Assembly: GCF_009914755.1 (NCBI RefSeq)
Contig: NC_060927.1
Source of the DNA: the human T2T-CHM13v2.0 reference genome, Homo sapiens
DNA length: 64,000 nucleotides
Strand: one strand, 5' to 3'
The position numbers and the translations under genes were made by a program. Under the pieces are notes generated by a model. It was given only the letters and a program-made list of their open reading frames with translations, searched no databases and was not told the origin of the DNA. Below are positions 45,696 to 59,849 of the stretch, piece by piece (positions within the stretch are counted from its first letter, which is position 1; every line of letters begins with the position of its first letter).

Positions 45696-46177
45696 TGTGA
45701 ACTCCAAATATCTGAGACAAGTCTCAGTTAATTTAGAAAGTTTTTTTTTTTTTTTTTGCGCCAAGATTGAGAACGCGCGCCCATGACACAGTCTCAGGAG
45801 GTCCTGACGACATGTGCCTAAGGTGGTCAGAGAACAGTTTGGTTTTATACATTTTAGGGAGACATGAGACATCAATCAACACACCCAAGACGAACATTGG
45901 TTTGGTCTGGAGAGGAGGGACAACTGGAAGCAAAGGCGGGAAGATTCAAAGCAGGGAGGGAGCTTCCAGGTCATAGGTAGATAGGTGACAAATCGTTGCA
46001 TTCTTTTCAGTTTCTGATTAGCCTTTTCAAAGGAGGCAATCAGATGTGCATTTATCTTGGTGAGCAGAGAGGAGACTTTGAATAGAATGGGAGGCAGGTT
46101 GGCCCTAAGCAGTTCCCAGCTTGACTTTTTCCTTTAGCTTAGTGATGGGGGGCCCCAAGATTTATTGTCCTTTCACA
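45696..46177 (-). mobile_element. MER4A1 solo LTR (ERV1)
   Basis: Reverse-complement match to 5559-6029 (compare ORFs VVPPFQTKPMF and VVPPLQTKPMF); TGTGAA...TTTCACA termini. Confidence 0.93.
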
Positions 46178-47562
46178 GTACTTACTAATACTGAATAGAA
46201 TGGATTTGCAAGGTCCACAAAGGTCCACAGAGAAATCATTCTCAAATAGAGTTTAAAAATCATTCAGGTGAAAACATCTAAAATCCTCCCTAATTTTTTT
46301 TTTTATTCAATGGTCAAATGAGAGGGTTAGAGAAAGTTTATCATAGTGAGTTTTTCCATAATGTGAAATTTTACTCACTTCAAATAAATGACTTTTGTTC
46401 TGAGATTTGTTACCAATGTTTGAAATTTGAACCTTCTTCTAAAGAACAATGGTAACGGCAAATTAAATTTTATTTGTTGGTTTATTACATGGTTGATGAA
46501 ATGCCGCTACTATTGTTTTAAAGTTCTGTTGAAAATGACAGCATGAAGTCTCAAAACCAGTGCTTTAAATGACTTGTGTTTCTTACAGTGGTTGATACAT
46601 TTAGTTATAGCATCAGCCTTAAATAAAAGTAGATTCCTTGAGTTAGGATGCAGTAAGCTGAATCCCAGGTTTGAATAACTCATAAGTATGAGAATACAAG
46701 CAAATAAGTCACTTTTACATTTTAAAGTAGAAAAGATGTCACTTTGCTAATATCTGCATAAATATTTATCTTCTAATATATAAAAGACATGAAACATTTT
46801 AAGTAAATACAACATCAAGGTAAATCAAATTTCTTCCTTCATGAGTTTCTTCTTAAAGGTATTTCTCATTTCCTTCTGGAATTGAGAAACACATTTAAGC
46901 AGACAGTATTCTTGCTGAACATAGTTTTATTAAAGTTCTTAAGAAGGCTGAGAGAAAGGGGCCAGAGTATTCAGGAACTTGTCAACCTTTTTTAAGGCCA
47001 TTAGACTTCATCTTTATGGCAACAGGAAGTAACTGAAGAATTTCAATTATGTGTGCACTACGAAATCATACATATGAATATTTATAAATGATTCCCTCTG
47101 GCTGCTGAGAAGAAAATGAAGTGTTGGAAGGTGTAATAGGTGAGAGATATGAATGGCAGCAAAAGCAGGGTGGAGTCAGACTTGTGATCAACAAATTAGT
47201 GAATAGTCCAAACTACATGTGTTGACTAATTTCTTCTACATAACCATTTACGAAGACATAAACTCTTAATATAGTAGAGGTGAGTAGTTAGAATTTGCTT
47301 CAACAAATAATTTAAATTATATGGCTTGAAACTGTTTATAAGACTTTCTTATATTTGAGGTAGGTTAAGATTGGATCATGTATAGTTATACCTATATAAA
47401 TACAGTTATAGACATATAGATAACTATTTGCATTTCTATTATGCATAAAATTTTATAAACAGTAAATACTGTATAATGGCTGCTTTAAAGGTGAATAACA
47501 TTCCAAGTGTTTCTTCACATTTTGAAGGGAGATAAAACCAGAAAGAAAAGCCCCCCCAAAAA

Positions 47563-47855
47563 GAGATAGTTAATGGGTACAAAAATACAGTTAGATAGAA
47601 GAAATGAGATCTAGTGTTTAGTAGCACAATAGGGCTACTATAATTAGCAATAATTTATTTTATATTTCAAAATAACTAAAAGAATGGAATTGGAATGTTC
47701 CTAAAACAAAGAAATGATAAATGCTTGAGGTAATGGACACCTGAATTACCCTGATTTTATTATTACACATTGTATGCTTGAATCAAAATATCACCTGTAC
47801 TCTATAAATATGTACAAATATCTTTAACAATTAAAAATTAAAAAATTTAAAAAAC
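47563..47855 (+). mobile_element. L1MA 3' end
   Basis: GTTAATGGGTACAAAAATACAGTTAGATAGAA; AAAGAAATGATAAATGCTTGAGGT; A-rich tail. Confidence 0.9.
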
Positions 47856-47880
47856 AACTTCCAAAATCTCATTCGTCTTT

Positions 47881-48185
<305 letters not shown>

Positions 48186-49683
48186 TAAAAAAAACTTTAA
48201 CTTCTACCTGTCATCTCTTTATTGTAATTAATCCACTCTGGTCGAACTCAATTAACTAATAATGTTTTTACATTTCTTTATCACAATTTTGGTTTGATTT
48301 AGGATCCTGAACATTGGGAGAAAAGCAGGTGAAGTGTGTGCAAAAACCCAGTGCATTACTATGTGTCCTCTCCTGTTTCGGCGTTTCTGCTTTCATTCCT
48401 TGAACTGACTCCAGTGATCTTAGGCTTAGAGTTGCATTTATAACCTTCTCTGGGAAAATTTTTTATAGCTGTGTTTTGAAGCAAGCAGAACATCAAGAAA
48501 ATAGTTGCTCAGATATGTGTGAAAAGAAATTGCAGGTATGCAAAGATATTTTGGAGGAAATGTGTGAAGGCTATATTTTTTTAGATGAAAAGCGAGTTAG
48601 GTCACCTATATATAGGATTTCACCTGATTGTGCCTATTTTATTTAGTTAAAACCTGAATTAAAGTATTATCTGTCTAATGGATGTTTGGATAAATTAGAT
48701 TAACGCTTAATTTGCTCTTATAAGTCTAGCTGAAAAAAAAGAAAGGTTGTAACCACCCCTACTTGCATCCACATTTTCTGGCAATTCCCCTCCATAACCA
48801 TCCCACATATACATTCCATTATGGAATAAGAATAAAAAGAAAAAAAAAAAGAGAGAGCCTATATTGAGACAAAGATAGGCCTGGATTCCAGTCCGTTTTA
48901 TCACTCACTGTAGTGAGACGTTAGACTAAGGATCTGAATTCCTTATTGCTTGGTCAAAATAGTCAGGAGTCTTTTAGAGTTTGAAACCCAATAAAAAAAA
49001 ATCTTAGGCAATTAGGATAATGTATTGACTGTTGTAATCAAACTGAACCAAGGATAGGAATGGAGTTCAGGGATGCCCAGAAAGAGAGACTCCAGTACCA
49101 CCAGAATTTCTCTCTTCACTTCCCTTCCCTTCACCTATTTTCTCTTAGATAATTTTTTTTTTATCATTATAGCTTTTCCACCAGAAAGGAAAGAACTTAT
49201 GTATCTTAGATCTAATTGAAAACATTCCAGGGAAGAGCTTTGATTAAAATGTCCAACTTTTATTGTCTACATATAAATCCAGGAAGATGAAATAACATAA
49301 TTGACAGTAGCCACTGGAGTGTACTGAGTGAAGTAAGGAGAGAAACAGGTCCCCAAATAAGGGGATGCTAACCAAAAATCAGAGAAGTGATTAGCATAGA
49401 AGAAATTAGATATCAAATAGGCTAATAAGGTTACCGTGAGAACTATAAATATGTATGTCAATAGATAAAACCTAGCCTGGCATGTATTAAACACTATATA
49501 CACATAGATTTTCTTTTTATTTTGTTTACTCCTTTAGAGATGGCATAATGCTTGAAATAATGCTAGCACATCTTAATTCTACTGTATCTTCAATCTTTGC
49601 AGTCAAACTTGATACATTTCATCTCTTCAAGGATTCCTTTGAAATACAAGATTGTTCAATTAAAAAACTATCTCAGATGAAGA

Positions 49684-49900
49684 AGGCAGCATGATGTTGT
49701 GGTAAATAAGCATACATTTTTAGAGTCATATAGAGTTGGGTTCTAACCTTACTTCTGCCATTTGCTAGCTCTGTACCATTGAGGAATTAATTTTTGTATA
49801 GCTCAGTGCCTTCATCTATAAAATATGAATAAGGCAATTTCAGGATGCAATAATGTTTATAAATTGCTTAGCAGAGTGTTTGGAAACAAATAAGTAAATT
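49684..49900 (+). mobile_element. MIR
   Basis: GGCAGCATGATG..GTGG; TGGGTTCTAACC..CTTCTGCCATTTGCTAGCT; CTCAGTG.CTTCATCTATAAAAT. Confidence 0.85.
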
Positions 49901-50667
49901 ATAATTCTTTCTAAGGCAGTTCTGCAGCTCCTTTATTTTTCAAGGGATCCTGACCTGCCAACTTATCCTAACCAGGACAACCCAATTCCTTAAAGATGAC
50001 CAATAGACATTCGCTGAGTGTTCAATCCTTGGAGTTTTTGATCTTTAAATATTTCCTATACAGAGATTCAGACAGTTTTGTTTCAAAATAGAAAGTCAGA
50101 AAAACAAAGACCATGTAAATCAATGAGAGGAAAAAATTAAAAGGTACATCAGTTGTCAATTCTAATTTCAGTTTTTCCATTTACATATTTACTGAACCTG
50201 AAGAAGTCTTTAGCTTTCCTCATTTTATCTGATTAAATATTGTCACCTGTAAATCTAAAATGAGACACTACAGTTCAATATCACAGCTTGCATGTGAAGA
50301 AGAAAATGATAAAGGATACTATGAAAAGTAAAACTATGAGGTATAATTAACCTACAATAACAGGTTGTTAAAACGAACGTATGGCATACTGAATGTTTTC
50401 ATTACTCATGTGTATCAAATATTTCAGTGAATCTAAAACTGCTGGGATCTATTAATTTTAAAAAATAATTAAATTTCTTTCAAAGTTAGCAAAACACACT
50501 CTATCCTATCAAACCATCTCTTAAATGTAACCTTTTAGCAAGTACAGTCACAAGCTTGCTGTCCTCACATTGGGTTAGGCATAGTCAGTAGAAAGATGCA
50601 TGTTACTTTATTTTGTGGTGCTTACATTTTGTTGGGAAGAAGATATCACAGAGAACAGGACAAGTCA

Positions 50668-51483
50668 GTGGCTCAGGAAGCCATGGGAATGCACTGCTCT
50701 GATCTTTCATGAGAAAACCTGCTGAAAGGAGTATAGTTAGATGCGCCATTCACACTGAGACTTTTCTCTCCTCAGGCTTCTTCCACCTAATCACTGCACG
50801 GCGGGGGTACACCAGGCATTCCACTCTTGCCTAATGTGTCACTCATCTAATAGGCAAGTTTTGATCTGGGGCTTCCCATCAGGCATGTCACAGCTTTCTC
50901 AGAGCATCACTACAGACAGAGGCTCTTCCCCAATCCTCCTTTCTTCTTCTTTCCTTTCACAGGTGCCATCTTAGTTGGTTTTAAGCTGCTATAACAGAAT
51001 ACCACAGACTGGGTTATTACAAACAACAGAAGTTTATTTGGCTTATGGTTCTGGAGGCTGAAAAGTTCAAAATTCAGTGACCACATCTGATGAGGACCGC
51101 CTTGTCACATGATCCTGTAGTGGAAGGCAACAGCGTGACAGAGAACAGGAGAGAGAAGGCATGAGAGAGCCAAGCTTACTTTTATAACAAACCCACTCCT
51201 GCCATAACAGCATTAATCCATTCATGATGGTAGAGCCCTCCTGACCTAAACATGTTATATTAGGTTCTGCCTCCTGAGACTGTTGCATTAAGGGTTGTTT
51301 TCAATGCCTGAACTGGGGAGGATACATTCCATCTATGTCAGGTCTTCAGCCTGCATTGGAATCTGAAGCCCCCTCTCACTTCTGCTCCTTCCTCCTTTAT
51401 TCTTTATAGGCATTTCATCCAGTAAATCTCTTGCATGAGTAATTTTATTCTGATGTCTTCTTGTCAAGGAAACACACTGATAA
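50668..51483 (+). mobile_element. LTR16-family (ERVL) LTR split by a MaLR LTR
   Basis: GGCTCTTCCC..TCCTCCTTTC...CCTTTCACAGGTG | CAGCCTGCATTG..TCTGAAG; AGTAAATCTCTTGCA end region. Confidence 0.75.
50967..51340 (-). mobile_element. MST-type MaLR LTR nested in LTR16
   Basis: GCTGCTATAACAGAATACCACAGACTGGGT; GGTTCTGGAGGCTG; CATTAATCCATTCATGA..G.AGAGCCCTC; approximate 5-bp TSD GGTGC/GGTCT. Confidence 0.88.
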
Positions 51484-52479
51484 AGTATCCAAATGAGCAT
51501 TAAAATCAATGATTCTGTGACTGGGGTTCTAGTTAAATGATGGTAATAAAATCATAATGAGGTCTCCAGTTATTTTTAAAAATCTAATGAAAGCCATATT
51601 TTTATCCTGACTTGTTCTGCATAAATTATTATTTCCTAGTTACATTTAGCTTTCTAGAAAAATAAAATAAAAATGAAATATTTAGTGTTTTGTCTTGCCT
51701 TCCTTGTCCACAATCCTGTTTTGAAGTGTATTTGCACCCTCACCTCTTCACTCTGGTCTCAGCTGATTGTACCAAGGGCCTCTCTGGTCCCTGGAAAGAA
51801 ACCCCTTGTCCTGGGCTAAGCTAATTAAATTTCCTTTAGAAATAATAAATAGAATTAACATAAAAATTGAAGTGCATGCATGGAGTTTGAAGAATACATA
51901 GATGTTTGTTGGATACTCAGCTGGAACACAAGAGTATGACAATCAAGAGAGAAAAGGATAAAAATAGAGACAAGACTATAAAGACTCTGAGAGGTGGAGA
52001 GAACACCTTTATTTTCACTTTCCGTTTTTGTCTCTGGTCCTAAGTTCTGTCCATACATAATTCTCTCTCTACAATTGTCTAAGAAACTTAACTATTTGAA
52101 TATTGAAGTAATTGGGGAAATACTTCAATAGAAAATAAGATTGAACTAGTTAACTGAAGCAAATTAGTGAGAGCCAGTGAATCGGAGGACATGATGAGAG
52201 GTATAAAAATTTATCCTAGAGGCAGCATCAATGAGATCCAGAGATACATTGAGGAAAAAAGTGGAGGATAAATTATACCTGGAGTGACATTATTCATTCT
52301 TGTTTAATAGATGCTTGTGAGGATTGTTGGGGATTTAAAGAGCAGTCTCGGCGATTTAGACACTCTTCGTGTAATGATGGGAAAGTAAGTGCAGAGATAA
52401 CATTAAAAGAAAATGATGTAAGTCAAGGGAGTCAAGAGATAAAACGCCAATAGAGAGACCTAGGGAAGAAGTTTAAGGT

Positions 52480-53830
52480 AGGAAGAAATGTCATCACTTT
52501 GATGTTTCCCAAGGAGGGAGATGGCATTTGAGATGAATATTAAATGATAGATACAAATTTTATGGACATTTTGTGGAGGAGGCTATATAAGTGCAATGGC
52601 AAGAAACACAGGGGTTAGAGTCAAGCAAAGGATAATTCATTTTTTAACATAATCTCCACACAGTAAATGGCAGGGCAGGTGTAGTCTACACTTTATGGAG
52701 TCTTGATTTCACTGTTAAAGATCCTGACGTAAGAGTTGACAAAACTAGATGACTGACTTGTATATGGTGAACAAAGAAGAGAGAAGATCTGAAAAATTTC
52801 CTGGCTCAGAAGGATAAAAAAATGATAGTCCACTGACTGAAACTGAGAAGGTGTATGAAGGAATTAAGTTGATAGAAAGATGTAGTGGTATAAATATAAA
52901 GTAATAAAACTTTAGGGCAAGAGTGGTAAGCTTGAGAAAACCACAGTGGCTTGCTAAACAACTTAAAGGTAGGATTTGCTTTTTAGTATCTAACCCTCAC
53001 TTAAAAATACTCTTTCTTACAATTTTACTGCAGTCTCTGCTACTTAGGGTCCCTAGGTTTCCCATCTTTAATTTTACTTAATATAAACCCTTTCAATACA
53101 GAGGGAATAGATTTGTATAAATACTTACTTCTTCCAATACTATATATATTTTAACCTTATCATTACTCCCTGTAAAAAAAATGTGAAATATTAGTAATCA
53201 CGCTAAGGGGGGTATTCTTTGGCATATGAGAAAAAAGAGTCTTCAATTCTGCACTAAAATTATGCCATAAGACTTCCTGCCACCTCTGCTTATACACAAT
53301 GTTACCTCTGGCCTCTATGTAACCTGAAAGCATGGAGTAAGAGACAAATTTGGAAGCGTAGGTTGAAGATGTAGATTTAGGAGTCATCATCCAAAATATA
53401 AAGTAAATTAATTCATCTGTTTTATAAATACTTATTAAATATTTGCTATGAGCCAGGAACTCTTATGGGTGATAGGGATACGATAGTGAAAAAAAACTCA
53501 GAAATTCCTGACCGTGTGAATTTTACATATGAGGAGAAAGATAAACAACAAATATATATATAAGTAATTAATGCACAAATTTATAAATATGCAAGTAATT
53601 TTATTTAAAATTGCTAAGTATGATGTACAGCAGGAAAAGAGGGGACAGAAGAACTGAAGAGTAGGAAAAAATGTAATTTAAAACAATCAGGAAGACACCA
53701 TTAAGAGGGTAACATTTGAGCAGACTTGAATGGTGTGTGGGAATGAACATCAAGAAGAAAAGGCATTGAGCAGAGAGAACATGTGTGTTGTCACCATAAT
53801 GACAGCTGGACAGAGAGGTAAGGTAAAACA
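52480..53830 (-). mobile_element. Several L2 fragments
   Basis: CACTGACTGAAA.TGAGAAG; TGAAGATGTAGATTTAGGAGTCATCA; TATGAGCCAGG.ACT; ACATTTGAGCAGA. Confidence 0.65.
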
Positions 53831-53834
53831 AAAT

Positions 53835-56340
53835 AATTTCTGTTGCTGCAGCTGGTCCAAATATTGTAATTGATATTCATTTTCCTTCTGTATTATGACT
53901 CTATATTTCCCTCGTCTTAGACCAGCACCACAGCTGGCCTGAATTGCTTGTTTGCCTCTAGAACTACTGTTCTACTAGAACTAGAAGGCTACTCCCAAGG
54001 ATTTGAATCCTTAATTTGCTGGCCTCTTGGGCTATTTACTTTAATCACTGGGCACAGAAAGACCAAGCCATTTCCCAATGAATTTCTTGTATTCTAGGCA
54101 TAACCTTCCCTACTCCCATTTCATAGAAGTAAACTTATTTCCTGATGATGGCTAGAAGTAACTACTTCCTCTGCCTGCTAGTACAGTTAGTACCAGTAAC
54201 ATGAAGAGTCCCAAAAGACCAGGGAGCAGTTACAACTTCAAGTTCAGTGGAGCCCTTACTATGTATTTTAGCTGAGTTATTTCTGCTGAAAACCACCACT
54301 TGTAAACAAGCAGAGCCTAAGGTAATTGAAATTAGGTAATTGAAAGGTAATTGAAAACAAATTGTATATTTGGTTCACCAGAAGTAAAAGTAATAGAGCC
54401 AATCCTACTTCCACCTCTTGGTCCACACATTCAATCTATAGAGCACAAAATACCATATATCAGCTGATAGTCCAATGCATATACTGCATCCTGAAAAGCA
54501 GTGCTCTAATCTGGAGAGTATAATCCCTAATCTGATGCACTGTCTGAGCCTTTAACAAACCATACCATTGGTCAACTACTTCTGATTAATAGGTTGTATG
54601 ATAAGATTGGTGTATCCCATGGCTGTACACCCATTATGGCTCCTCATTTTTTATAAATGTGCATAATCCTTTGCAGGAATATTGTGTGGAATATCATTTT
54701 AATAGACCAGCTATGATGTAAATTCATGATTATTTGTGCTGTTAGTAATGCTAGCAGTTGCACTGTGGACAGGAAAAACAAGCCCATATCCATGGTAAGA
54801 GGTAATTCAAATATCACCTGTTCCCTCTAAGAAATGGTCCAATATGATTTAATTGCCACCAAAGAAATGATTGTGTATTTAGGAATGATGCTATATAAAT
54901 TGTTCAGCATTAGTCTCTAGGGCACAAAGTTGGTCATTCGGAGGTGTGATTAACTCATCAGGGATCTGAGTTTAAAGAGAACTAATCATGGTGGATTCAT
55001 ATACGTTTTCTGCCTTTGTTTCCAGGGTTGCTCTGTTCACTGAATCAGCACTGAACAGAAATAGATGACTGAGCAGAAATAGACTTACATCCATAAGATG
55101 AGTCATTCTAGTAATCTAAAATATTTTTAGAATTTCTTCCATGTTATAGACTCATTAATAGTCACCTGCTCTCTGGCTTTTCTCATAGATGTGTCCATAT
55201 ACATTTTCTTGAGAGCTTCTTGTCCCTGGTTTTCAAATATTATACCTTCTAGAACCTTGATCAATCAGCAAAAGCCACTCCCTCCTGCTGAGGAGCCTGT
55301 ATATACTCATACTTCAAGCCACTTTTCTCCATGTGATAATCAAGTCTTGCTACTGGAAGGCTCTTCCCTTACAATTGTCATTAAGACAAGCACTGAGGAG
55401 ATCTGTAATGACAGAAATAATATATAATAGAATATAGAATATATAGTATTATATAATATATAAATAACATAATTTAATATATTAAAGTGTATTATTTAGA
55501 CAGATAAATGTATCTATGTGCTTGCATTCATGCATCTGCCAATAAATTTTTAAAAAATTATATGTATTAGTCAATAATTAGAACAATATAGTACACTTAT
55601 ATTTTAACCAGTCCTGATTTTTTTTCCTTCTTTGCAAGTTGATCATATGAATGTCTTCATAAGATCACAATTTGACTTGAGGAAGAAGCATAGATACAAT
55701 AGAACTAGGTAACATGAGAATTTGAGCCACCCATATATACAACTTACTTGTAAGTTTGGAGCTTATTAGACCCAATTCAAAATATACCATTTGCATTTTC
55801 AGTGGTCACTGTGGCTATCTGGTTACACGATCTGATGGATCTTATAATGCCAAGCTCATGGTAGATAACTTTAGTCGCATAGTCATGTAATGTTCCAGGT
55901 AAGACATTGACAATGTTGAACTTCATCTGAGCCCTGTGCTTCCAGAAAATATCAATGATTAAGAAATTTCTCCACTCTTTTGTGTTCTAGGAAACTGTCA
56001 TCACAAGGACCACGCTGTTCTTATGTATTCTAAGATAAGATCTGCCTCCACCTTTCCAGAATGTCTCAGATAAAAGAACCATCTCTAACCTTTGTTGCAA
56101 ATCCCATAAGTCTTACACATGACTCATTGGTCTACCTGTGTCTATTTAATCTCAGGTCTCTTTCCTTTATTTGAGGCATTCCTTCTTAATGAATGTTTTC
56201 CTATTGCAAGCTCCTAAATAAAATAATCTCCTAAATTCTATGATGCTAAATATATAAAATGTGTTTTATAGCACTTGGTCTTTTTTAGGGCCCTGTTGTA
56301 TGCCAGGAGCATTTTACAAATTGTGAGTACTTCTTTGATG
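53835..56340 (-). mobile_element. Decayed ERVL internal sequence (pol RNase H/integrase and downstream), with interruptions
   Basis: Minus-strand remnants resembling HERV-L pol: YSQF.K.LLAY..AL (~56285-56335), KCKWYI (~55780-55800), PLNLKL.LLPGLLGLFM (~54200-54255). Confidence 0.7.
55980..56250 (+). mobile_element. Possible ERV1-type LTR fragment inside the ERVL internal sequence
   Basis: Non-pol block ending TTCCTATTGCAA..CTAAATAAAA, typical of MER31/34/67-type LTR 3' ends. Confidence 0.4.
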
Positions 56341-56642
56341 CATTTTGAAAATATTTCATTATTACAATTAAAAAATACTTTTAGATTATTAGTTGGTTTT
56401 GATTAAGAATAATGTCAAATTGCATTCACTAAAATTTTTCTACATCTATTGAGTTGTTGGTTTTCTACTACTAATGTGATATAAAGTACATGAAAATAGT
56501 CCCTATTATTAAAACAACAAAGCATAGGAATATACTTTACTTCATTTTGCAGATTAATATTTTGTTATGTTATTTAATTTGCATGTTTTATATTTTATGT
56601 GCTTGCATTCATGCATCTGCTGGTAAACTTTTAAAAAATCTA

Positions 56643-57006
56643 TATATTAGTCAATTTGGGCTGCTGTAACAAATTACCATATACAGGGTGGCTTAAGCAG
56701 CAATCATTTATTCTTCACTTTTCTGGACGCTGGGAAGTCCAAGATTACGGCACTGGTAGATTCTGCGGCAGGTGTGAGCACTCTTCCTGTTTACAGACAA
56801 CTATCTTTTCTCATTGCATTCTCATGAGGCAGAGATAGAAAGACTCATGTCCCTTTCTCTTTTATAAGGGCATTAATCTCGTCATCAGGGCTCCACCCTT
56901 ATGACCTAATTGCCTTCAAAGGCCTCTACTTCTTAATATCATTACATTGGGGATTAGGATTTCACCATATGAATTTTGGGATGACACAAACATTCAGTCT
57001 ATAGCA
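56643..57006 (-). mobile_element. MLT1A/MLT1A0 MaLR LTR inserted in decayed L1M
   Basis: TATTAGTC..TTGGGCTGCTGTAACAAA.TACCATA; GCTGGGAAGTCCAAGAT; ATGAATTTTGGG..GACACAAACATTCAGTCTATAGCA. Confidence 0.92.
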
Positions 57007-59396
57007 TCTTAACAGAATTCTTTATCAGAAAAACTGTATTAGAGTCATTTTACTAGATTCACAAAATCAATTGTGAAGTGTACCATGCTTTAAATGCTCT
57101 GAAATATTAGTATGATTTGGAAATTATCAATATTCTGAAATTTTGAAAAAATCAATGAAACTGAATCTTCTTTGTATTTTTTATTTGGTAAATACATCTT
57201 TAACGTAATTACATTTTAATCATATCATTTGCTATCATATTTCAATCCAAATAAACATGTATTTTATAAAACATAAGATATTTTAGTAAATTAAAAACAG
57301 TTTTTAGTGTGTATTTGCATACTATTTTCTTATTAATAACTACATATGTGTGTATGTGTATATATATATATATTTCTATATATAGATTTAGATATCCCTT
57401 TTCTTAGTAGTTATTTCTTTGTATTTTCATCTTTATCTCCAAGAATTATGGCTACAAAACATAGTATGAGTATTATGGATCTTACAATGTAATGATCATA
57501 ATATGACTGACACCTTGGGCAGTGCAGGGAGAGAAAGAAAGAGAGTGTCAAATAAGCTATTTTTAACAATTCTTTCTTAGGTCTAGATTTTGCATAAAAT
57601 ATTTTGAGTAGTTTAAAGATATAAATTAAAATTGTTAATGCTTTTTATAATCCTTATATTAGAGACTTCTAAAGCAATACATATCTGATATTCATAAATT
57701 CCTTCAGCGAGAAGAAAAATTTATCTATTTAAAATCTAACTTCTCTCTCCTGAGTCCTCTCCCTCACTCACTTTGGGGAAGTATGGGTAGTGCCAAAATT
57801 ATCTCAGGATAGTTGACAATAAAACCATCCGTTCCATTGAAAGGTAAAGGCTATTCTTCTGCAGAGCTGCAGCCTAATATTTTAGACTTGATCAAAATCC
57901 CACGAGATTGCTGCAGTCATATATTCCTTATATGGGACAACAATGGTGCAACCTAAATTGGTCAACATAAAGATCAGTCTATCTTTCTCACACTGCTCAC
58001 TGAGGTTCAAATAACTTGAGTGTTCATTCTCATTCACCGATCATTTTGTTATGGAAAAATATGCACTAGTATGCTAACACTGATTTGGGGCTTAGAGACT
58101 GTTTCATTAGCTTTGATTTTTATTATTTCTATCTTCTATTTTTTGTGATTATTGTATATTACTTGTGTATCACAACAGTAAGAAGAGATATAAAATGAAC
58201 AAAATACTACTAGAAGTGTATCTGCTAAAATGTTTCCAGAAATTTTATCTGAAAAAAATTGAATTATTGATGATTTTTTTCTCTCCTTTGTCAATATTTT
58301 TAGTACGTCTAAAAATAGTAAAGTAAGAAAAAAGTACATTAAAAAAAAAAAGAGCTGTAAGAAAGCTATCAAGATGGAATGAATGGAATAAAGTTGTTAT
58401 GGTGGATGGGCAAAGAAAAATGTCCCACTTGACTCTTGACACTAACCAGCAGCCTTTCTACTCCAAAAATTTTAAAATTTCGTCTACCCTGGGTTTTTAC
58501 TCATGATTTCAAGTGTTAATGCCTTATTTTATTTTGGCTTTGAATATTGGTGTTGTTTTTCCTAAGATTTACCTTTATTATTTGCATTCACTGTTTAGAA
58601 TATCAAGCTCTCAAACTCTGCTCATTTGATGGATATTCCCCTTTTCCAATTTATTTATCACTGACATTTTACAACCTTCTGAGATAAGGATGAAGCTTTC
58701 ACACTCTCAATTAGCAATTGGGCAATCTTGTTATAAATAATCCCAAATACATTATGAACTATGAACTAGTGGAAATAAATAGTAGAGTTTAAACCAATAT
58801 TTAAACTATAAACTGGCAATGTTTACAATAATGCATCAGAATAAGTAAGAAAAATGGTAAAATCACTGATGTACAACTAGGTATGGCAAACTGCTTCTTT
58901 AAATGTGTACTTAAGAAGTGGTTAACTGGGCTGTTTTCATGTACTGCAGAATATGGGTCAATTAAAGAGAAATTAACTGTTTTCTAAAATCAATAAATTA
59001 TGAAATGATGAGGAAATATGTTGTAGTGTCCTCCATGGGCACATTAATGCTTTCCTAGAGACGGCATAATTGCTTTGCTCAATTATTCAAAGAAAAGATT
59101 GGAATACCTCCTTTGAAAGGAAACCAAATTAGAACTGTGTCAAAGTTCACAGCAGCCAGTCCTCAGGGGCTCTTGCACAATAGTCACTCCATGGATTCTT
59201 AGAGCGTTCCATTTGCAGCAGTCAAATTAATTCCATTTAGGGATCTTTCAGAAATAAAAAATTAGTGCTCATGTATTTCCACAATTTTGACTATTAGATT
59301 GCCTTGATATATCCATGGGGTTAGAAATTATCACCAGATTGGTCTCTTTCTGAGCATAATTTGCTTCTTGTCTTTTATGTGGCTTGGGCAAAATAC

Positions 59397-59430
<34 letters not shown>

Positions 59431-59450
59431 GATGGATAGATAGATAGATA
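59397..59450. repeat. GATA tetranucleotide STR: (ATAG)8 AT GATG (GATA)4
   Basis: Read directly from sequence. Confidence 0.97.
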
Positions 59451-59849
59451 ATTTGTAGGTCAAGTGAAGATCTCAGACAAAATCAAGCACTTTTATGGAC
59501 TGGATCTACTTCCAGATTTACTTTTTCTAGCCTGACTACTAAAATTGTAATGTAAGGACAGAGATGAGGCGCCCTTTCTAGGTTCTTAGCTGTAGCAAGA
59601 CTAGCCATGTCTTTATTTGTTGTTGTCTTTTGGTTCTTGTTTGTTTTGTTTTTACGCAGGACTTAACTGCAAATAACAAAGGCTTTTTGTGGGATTAAAT
59701 GAAACCTATCCTATAATTATACATTTTACATAATTATACTTTAAGAGCCACAAAGGGTAAAGAAGGGGCTACCAGTCAGTTTCTATTTCCTCTTCAAGAA
59801 GAGCTAATTCCAGGGAGATCAAAATAACTGTTTTTTTTTCTAGATTTCC

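Noticed and set aside
50668-56340. LTR16 plus ERVL internal sequence as one provirus
   Set aside because: LTR is on + while the internal pol remnant is on -, and L2 fragments lie between them
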